Assembly (NCBI GenBank): GCA_964374105.1
Contig: CAYJXI010000008.1
Coordinates: 2,589 to 66,588 of the forward strand
Direction of reading: 5' to 3'
From: an uncultured Planctomycetales bacterium
GTDB taxonomy: Bacteria > Omnitrophota > Gorgyraeia > Zapsychrales > JANLHA01
DNA: 64,000 nt
This document shows, piece after piece, positions 58,955 to 64,000 of the stretch (the stretch's first letter is position 1; each line of letters opens with the position of its first letter). A model generated the notes under the pieces. It was not told where the DNA came from and did not search any database. It was given only the letters and a program-made list of their open reading frames with translations. The translations under genes and the position numbers were made by a program.

Positions 58955-59367
58955 CTTTTAAACTCTTTAAATTTATTCATAGCAAAACTCATCGGAATTT
59001 TTTTGGAAAAAATAATAGAAGGATGGAGTCTTAACACTCAGAATGTCTGTAATTAATAGCTTAAAGTTCGGGGAAGGAGAAACTGTCTTTTCCAAAATCA
59101 GATTATCAAAGAAACAGTATGAAGCCAAGAGAAAAATTTATTCTTATTACAAAAGGTTAATACTAAACATCTAAAAATATGTTATTATAAAAACGCTTTT
59201 AGGCTAAGAACAACCTTTATTTCTGTTTGAATAATCATTTAAAATATTAGATACTTTTAATAGAAAAATGTATTAAGCCCGCCGTTAGTCAAGGGATTTT
59301 TAAGTGAGAGCCGGCTTATTGATGAAAATTTTTCAGACGAAGCCCTTAAACTCAACACATTATAGAA

Positions 59368-60831
59368 ATGAAAAGAAAGATTAGCTGTGTCCTGTTGCTT
59401 AGACTAAGTTCTGCTATCCTTAAGGAGGACAAACATCCCCGAGGTAGCCGCTTCCCGTATATGTTGAAGTATATGGAAGCGCTTCTTAAAAAGAATCCGG
59501 ACTGCAACGTTAAACTGATGGATTTAATGATTACACCGATGGAATCGAGGGCGTTGTTGAGTAGGGTACAGGATTGGACGCCGGATCTGATTGTCATTTA
59601 TTCAACCACCCGTGATCATTCGGCGGTTTTGGAGTTCTCTTCGTCTGTCAAGAAAGTTTGTCATCCAATTATTGTGAGCGTAGGGCAGGATCCTACCGCC
59701 AGACCCCTCCAATATCTCTTTGAAAACTCTCCAATTGATATTGTATTACCTGGTGACTCGGAATTAGAATTGTTAAAGGTCATTAAGGAGCTTAACAATG
59801 GAGCTGATCTTAAAAATTTTAAGCAATTTTACCTTAAACAAAAGACACTTATGATCTCTGAACTGGATGATCTTCCTTTCCCTGATGTCACTGGGGAGGA
59901 ATTGAAAGCTTATTATCACATCTACCCTATTGCTCTCAATCAGCGGTTGATCTGGGGACATATCCTAAGTTCTCGGGGATGTCCTTATCCCTGTATGTTT
60001 TGTACCGAGATGATCCGGGAGACCACCGGGGATAAGCCGCGATTCCGCAGCGCCGGTAATGTGGTCGATGAAATAGAATATTTGGCGGGAAAGGGCGTTA
60101 ATATTATTATTTTTGACGATGACAATTTCACGACTTCGAAAAGTCACGTTCAAAATATCTGTGCCGAGATGAGGAAAAGGGATTTAAGGATGCCTTGGGT
60201 GGCACATGCCAGGGTTGATAACCTTACCCATGATCTTTTGGAAGTCATGAAGGAAACGGGTTGCCTATTACTGCGGTTTGGCATTGAGTCAGGATCCCAT
60301 CGGATCATTAAACTATTGGAAAAGACAACGAGGGAGGATTGGGCACCGCAGACAAAAAAAGTATTTCGTTCCTGTCAAGAGTTAGGCATAGCAACAGCGG
60401 CCCTTTTTATGGTGGGATCGCCAACCGAAACAAAGGAGGAAATCGAAGAGAGTATCCGATTTGCCAAGGAACTCGATCCGGATGTCATTCAAGTATCATT
60501 TTTTACCTTTTATCCGGATACAAAAGCTTTCAAACGTCTGGAAAATTACGATAACGGTTATGATTTTGCCAAAATGTACCATTTTTCTACCTCGGATCCC
60601 GATTTCAATTTTAGCGAAGTGGATAACGATACCTTACAAAAACTACAAAATATTTTTTACAAAACGATATTGCTGAATCCGAGGTATATTATCAGACATC
60701 TTACAAAATACGGTCTTTTTTATTTATACAACCCTATGACTTTCCGTTCTCTGGCCCGGATCGGTAGCTATCTAGGGAGCAAAAAGGAGATTCGTTCGGG
60801 AGCTCAACTTTGCCATAGCGGTGCTCACTAA
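59368..60831 (+). CDS. B12-binding (class B) radical SAM protein (start uncertain)
   Basis: SRGCPYPCMFCTEMIRETTGDKPRFRSA. Confidence 0.7.
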   Translation: MKRKISCVLLLRLSSAILKEDKHPRGSRFPYMLKYMEALLKKNPDCNVKLMDLMITPMESRALLSRVQDWTPDLIVIYSTTRDHSAVLEFSSSVKKVCHPIIVSVGQDPTARPLQYLFENSPIDIVLPGDSELELLKVIKELNNGADLKNFKQFYLKQKTLMISELDDLPFPDVTGEELKAYYHIYPIALNQRLIWGHILSSRGCPYPCMFCTEMIRETTGDKPRFRSAGNVVDEIEYLAGKGVNIIIFDDDNFTTSKSHVQNICAEMRKRDLRMPWVAHARVDNLTHDLLEVMKETGCLLLRFGIESGSHRIIKLLEKTTREDWAPQTKKVFRSCQELGIATAALFMVGSPTETKEEIEESIRFAKELDPDVIQVSFFTFYPDTKAFKRLENYDNGYDFAKMYHFSTSDPDFNFSEVDNDTLQKLQNIFYKTILLNPRYIIRHLTKYGLFYLYNPMTFRSLARIGSYLGSKKEIRSGAQLCHSGAH

Positions 60832-60844
60832 TATAAGGAATAAC

Positions 60845-62107
60845 ATGTTTGCCAAGAAAGCCTACCCGCGTCATACAATCAACGGAAGTATAAAGTTGTT
60901 TGGACTGGCGTGTCAGATGATCTTTAAGGGGAGGGCTCAGGCAGGAGATCATATCCAGCGTTTTGAACAGAAATTTGCTGAGTTTATCGGCACTCAATAC
61001 GCCATCGGAGTGGAATCAGCAAGAAAAGGGCTTTATTTAATACTCAAAAGCCAGCGTTTTGATAGAGGCGATGAAGTGATCATGCCGGACTATACCTTCA
61101 AGGCGTTACCGGTTGCGGTTATTGCCTGTGGTCTAAAACCCGTGTTTGTAGATGTCGATCGGTATACATATAATATCAACCCTACCTTGATTGAAGAGAA
61201 AATCACCAAGCGCACAAAGGCGCTCATTATTACGCATATGTTTGGTCAGCCCGTTGATATGGCTGCTATCTTGGCGTTAGCGCGGAAACATCAACTCTGC
61301 GTTATTGAAGATTGTGCTCATGCGTGCGGTGGAAAATATCAAAATCAGCGGCTGGGTTCTTTAGCGGATGCGGCGGTTTTCAGCTTTAAAATGGGAAAAA
61401 ATCTTCCTTGTTTTGGCGGAGGGATGATCACCACAAACGATACGCGCCTCTATACAAACCTTAAAGAAATGATTGCAAAATTTCCCTATCCCCAAAAGTG
61501 GGATTTGATAAAAGATGTTGCGAGTACTTTTATATTTTACTTAAGCACGCATAAAAATATCTTCCCTTTGGTCACTTATCCGATCCTTCGTCTTTTAGAT
61601 TGGGTGGGGTCCGACTTCAGTGATAGTCACATCGAGGAATCCGTAGATATAGAGAAGAGCATTAACTCTCTCCAAAACCAAACCCGGTTGGCCAATCTTC
61701 AGGCGGCGGTGGGCCTTGAGCAATTGTTGCGATTGGATGACCTCAATTGTAAGCTAAAAGTGAACGCCCAACAGCTTATTAAGGAATTGCGCAATGTTAA
61801 GAATATTTCTGTCCTGGTTGAAAATGCAGAAAACCTCCCGACCTATTTATATTTTCGAATTCAGGTCCCTCAGGTGAGGCCTTTTCGCAAAAAGTTGCTC
61901 TCTAAAGGGGTGGATACCAAACGGGATGATATGAGTGCGTGTTCCAATCTCAAGGTTTTTTCAGAATACCGACAGTCATGTCCTGTCGCAGAAAGACTGA
62001 ATGTGAGGAGTATCGAAATCCCCAACAACCCCTTTCTCAACGAAGATGACATTGGATACATCGCGCAGCAGGTTATGCATACTGCCGATGAAATTTATGG
62101 ACCGTGA
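60845..62107 (+). CDS. DegT/DnrJ/EryC1-family PLP-dependent aminotransferase (Lys intact)
   Basis: AVFSFKMGKNLPCFGGGMITT and EDCAHACGG. ATG at 60845 with a TAAGGAA RBS; the ORF-track GTG at 60821 overlaps the upstream stop. Confidence 0.7.
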   Translation: MFAKKAYPRHTINGSIKLFGLACQMIFKGRAQAGDHIQRFEQKFAEFIGTQYAIGVESARKGLYLILKSQRFDRGDEVIMPDYTFKALPVAVIACGLKPVFVDVDRYTYNINPTLIEEKITKRTKALIITHMFGQPVDMAAILALARKHQLCVIEDCAHACGGKYQNQRLGSLADAAVFSFKMGKNLPCFGGGMITTNDTRLYTNLKEMIAKFPYPQKWDLIKDVASTFIFYLSTHKNIFPLVTYPILRLLDWVGSDFSDSHIEESVDIEKSINSLQNQTRLANLQAAVGLEQLLRLDDLNCKLKVNAQQLIKELRNVKNISVLVENAENLPTYLYFRIQVPQVRPFRKKLLSKGVDTKRDDMSACSNLKVFSEYRQSCPVAERLNVRSIEIPNNPFLNEDDIGYIAQQVMHTADEIYGP

Positions 62108-62194
62108 AGATATGTCAGGGGTCGGGGAGTTTTTTCCCTCCCTTGGTAGCACTGCAGGCAGGCTCTCCCATCGAGGGGAAGGAAAAGATAGATT

Positions 62195-63493
62195 ATGAAA
62201 ATACTATTATGCAAACCCTATTGGCCTTACCCCTATGGCAGAGGCGAACATACGTACAACCGTATTTGGCCGCCGTTATGCTTGGCTAATTGTGCCGCTC
62301 TATTGGAAAGACAGAACCATGTTGTCAAAATTTTAGACGCGCATGCTTTGCGTATTAAACCGCAGAAAATCAAATTCTTTATTCAGAATTTTGATAAGAT
62401 TTTTATTACTTCATCGTCTCTGGATCGATGGCAATGTCCCAATATTGACATTGCCATGTTTCTTCAGACTGTTAGATATATCAGAGAAGTGACCAACGAA
62501 ATCTATATTATGGGTTACCACGGAACCATCGATCCCGCAAATATTCTTGTCCAAACAAAAGCCAAAGCGGTTATCAGAGGGGAAGCGGAATACACGATTG
62601 AAGAGATCTGTCAAAATCAAAATTTAAGCGATATCAAAGGTATTACCTATCAAACTAACGGTAAAATCATTTCCACCTCGGATAGAGAAAATGCTGATTT
62701 AAAAAAACTTCCTGTCCCTGCCTTTCATTTATTAGATACGAGCAAATATGCTTATGAAATACTGGGAAAAAATTTTACCTTGTTTGAAATCAGCCGGGGA
62801 TGTAAATGGGGGTGTAAATTTTGCAATAAACTTATGTATGAGCCAAACTTAAGAGTTAAATCCGCCAACCAGGTTATAGAGGAAATTAAGGTTGCCATCG
62901 AAGATAATGGCATCAAAACAGGTTATTTTATTGATTTGGAATTCCTCTCAAACAAAAAAACAGTTTCCGAAATCTGTGATTTTCTTACAACGAGCCAATA
63001 TGATTTTCGATGGTGTTGCCAAACGCGCGCCGATTCTCTAGATGAGGAAATTGTTAGGAAGATGAAAAAAGCCGGCTGTGAACTCATTCATGTGGGAGTT
63101 GAAAGCGGGATTCAGAAATTTCTTGATTTATCCGGCAAACACACCACAGAAGATAAACTAAAAAAGGGAGTACAGATGTGTGAAAAAGCAGGTATCAAAA
63201 CGCTTGCCTTTTTTATGTTTGGATTTCGCGGAGAAACAGCTAAAGACAGGGAAGAAATATTTCAATTTGCCCGGAAATTAAATACCAATTTTGTTTCATT
63301 TCATAAAGTGTATCCTTATAGGAAGAGCGATATTTATTTATCCGATATCCATTCCAATAAAGAAATAGACAATCATATTCTTAAAGTATATCTGAAATAT
63401 TATTTAAGGATCGCCTATTTGAAGAAATCCGATATCATGACGTTGATCCGAAGTTTTAAATTATTCTTAGGGCGGCTAGGCACTTTGACATGA
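62195..63493 (+). CDS. B12-binding (class B) radical SAM protein
   Basis: SRGCKWGCKFC, and MKILLCKPYWPY B12-domain-type N-terminus. Confidence 0.7.
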   Translation: MKILLCKPYWPYPYGRGEHTYNRIWPPLCLANCAALLERQNHVVKILDAHALRIKPQKIKFFIQNFDKIFITSSSLDRWQCPNIDIAMFLQTVRYIREVTNEIYIMGYHGTIDPANILVQTKAKAVIRGEAEYTIEEICQNQNLSDIKGITYQTNGKIISTSDRENADLKKLPVPAFHLLDTSKYAYEILGKNFTLFEISRGCKWGCKFCNKLMYEPNLRVKSANQVIEEIKVAIEDNGIKTGYFIDLEFLSNKKTVSEICDFLTTSQYDFRWCCQTRADSLDEEIVRKMKKAGCELIHVGVESGIQKFLDLSGKHTTEDKLKKGVQMCEKAGIKTLAFFMFGFRGETAKDREEIFQFARKLNTNFVSFHKVYPYRKSDIYLSDIHSNKEIDNHILKVYLKYYLRIAYLKKSDIMTLIRSFKLFLGRLGTLT

Positions 63494-63527
63494 GCGCCAA
63501 ACAGATTAAGCGAAGGGAAAGGATGAG

Positions 63528-64000
63528 ATGAATATTCACGCCGTGAGGCGAATCGATTTTTGGGTTGGAGTACCGCTATGCTTCTTGTTGACCTTGGTGG
63601 ATAAAACTTTGCGGTTATTCTCCTTTAAGGGGGATGGAAAAGATATCCCCAACAACATACTGTTTATTAAGCCCTCAGAGATGGGGGGGATTATTCTGTC
63701 CCTTCCATTACTGCGCCGGATACAAAAAGATTATCCGGAAGCGCAAATGTTTTTTCTTACCTTTGAAAGCAATAAAGGTCTTTTTGATGTCCTGGATGTG
63801 ATCCCTGTTAAGAATGTCTTCACCATCCGTGATGATTCGGTCTTGGCGACTCTCTTAGATACCATAAAGGTGCTTTTAAAGATACGTAAGATAAAGGCTG
63901 ATGTGGTGTTTGACTTGGAATTTTTTTCCCGTTTTACCGCGATTATTTCTTACCTCACGGGTGCGGCGAAAAGAGTAGGATTTTATCGATATACCCTGGA
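63528..64000 (+). CDS. GT9-family glycosyltransferase (heptosyltransferase-like), 3'-truncated by the window edge. Not in the ORF track because no stop is reached.
   Basis: Open frame to nt 64000 translating to ILFIKPSEMGGIILSLPLL...VVFDLEFFSRFTAIISYLTGAAKRVGF, a GT9 pattern. GAAGGGAAAGG RBS. Confidence 0.6.
   Translation, partial: MNIHAVRRIDFWVGVPLCFLLTLVDKTLRLFSFKGDGKDIPNNILFIKPSEMGGIILSLPLLRRIQKDYPEAQMFFLTFESNKGLFDVLDVIPVKNVFTIRDDSVLATLLDTIKVLLKIRKIKADVVFDLEFFSRFTAIISYLTGAAKRVGFYRYTL

Noticed and set aside
59045-59176. 43-aa plus-strand ORF in the 410-bp divergent intergenic region
   Set aside because: No convincing RBS and a low-complexity Lys-rich sequence. Likely chance in AT-rich DNA.
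59352-59597. 81-aa minus-strand ORF overlapping the 5' end of the radical SAM gene at 59368
   Set aside because: It overlaps a well-supported plus-strand CDS and the AT-rich promoter region, and has no homology features.
62104-62289. 61-aa ORF overlapping the start of the radical SAM gene at 62195
   Set aside because: It is out of frame with, and overlapped by, a strongly supported CDS.

Overview
This 64 kb window from a moderately AT-rich bacterium is almost entirely a surface-glycan / glycolipid biosynthesis super-locus, with one short housekeeping block embedded in it. I could not place the organism: SD-like RBSs are present and there are no Gram-negative LPS core genes other than the heptose ones. 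No rRNA, tRNA, CRISPR, transposase, integrase or phage genes were recognised.

Layout from start to end:
- 5'-truncated pilB/gspE-type ATPase (to 769), followed by an intrinsic terminator.
- 837-13700: a sugar-nucleotide / glycosyltransferase block.
  - Three GDP-heptose pathway genes: HddA-like GHMP kinase, HddC-like nucleotidyltransferase, GmhB phosphatase.
  - A ManC-like mannose-1-P guanylyltransferase.
  - Three DegT-family PLP enzymes; the one at 4190-5437 has His in place of the Schiff-base Lys, the hallmark of ColD/E1-type sugar 3-dehydratases.
  - GT4, GT2 and GT9 (heptosyltransferase) glycosyltransferases, and a UgtP/MGDG-synthase-like glycolipid synthase.
- 13722-19903: housekeeping genes priA (Walker A apparently degenerate), fmt, two tandem galT-like genes (one missing the nucleophilic His) and gap. 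These are flanked by a family of GGGGACRG-type hairpins.
- 20109-63493: a very unusual region.
  - Eleven B12-binding (class B) radical SAM genes occur in the window, ten of them here (the eleventh is at 837-2348 in the first block), including a tandem triplication at 48777-53028.
  - Two SPASM-type radical SAMs and one MiaB-like methylthiotransferase.
  - A SufS-like cysteine desulfurase and a TtcA-like PP-loop ATPase.
  - Several ArnT/PMT-like GT-C membrane glycosyltransferases, a GtrB-like polyprenyl-phosphate sugar synthase, and further GT2s.
  - A GT2 + YdjC-deacetylase + B12-radical-SAM triad that mirrors hopanoid HpnI/HpnK/HpnJ without a cyclase.
  - A DUF5989-like small protein beside two SGNH-hydrolase/TPR chimeras, and a secreted HEAT-repeat protein.
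- The window ends with a 3'-truncated GT9 gene.

Intergenic regions contain several palindromic repeat elements. One 75-bp palindrome also forms the 3' end of a GT2 CDS. A leader region at 37917-38035 carries four consecutive hairpins.
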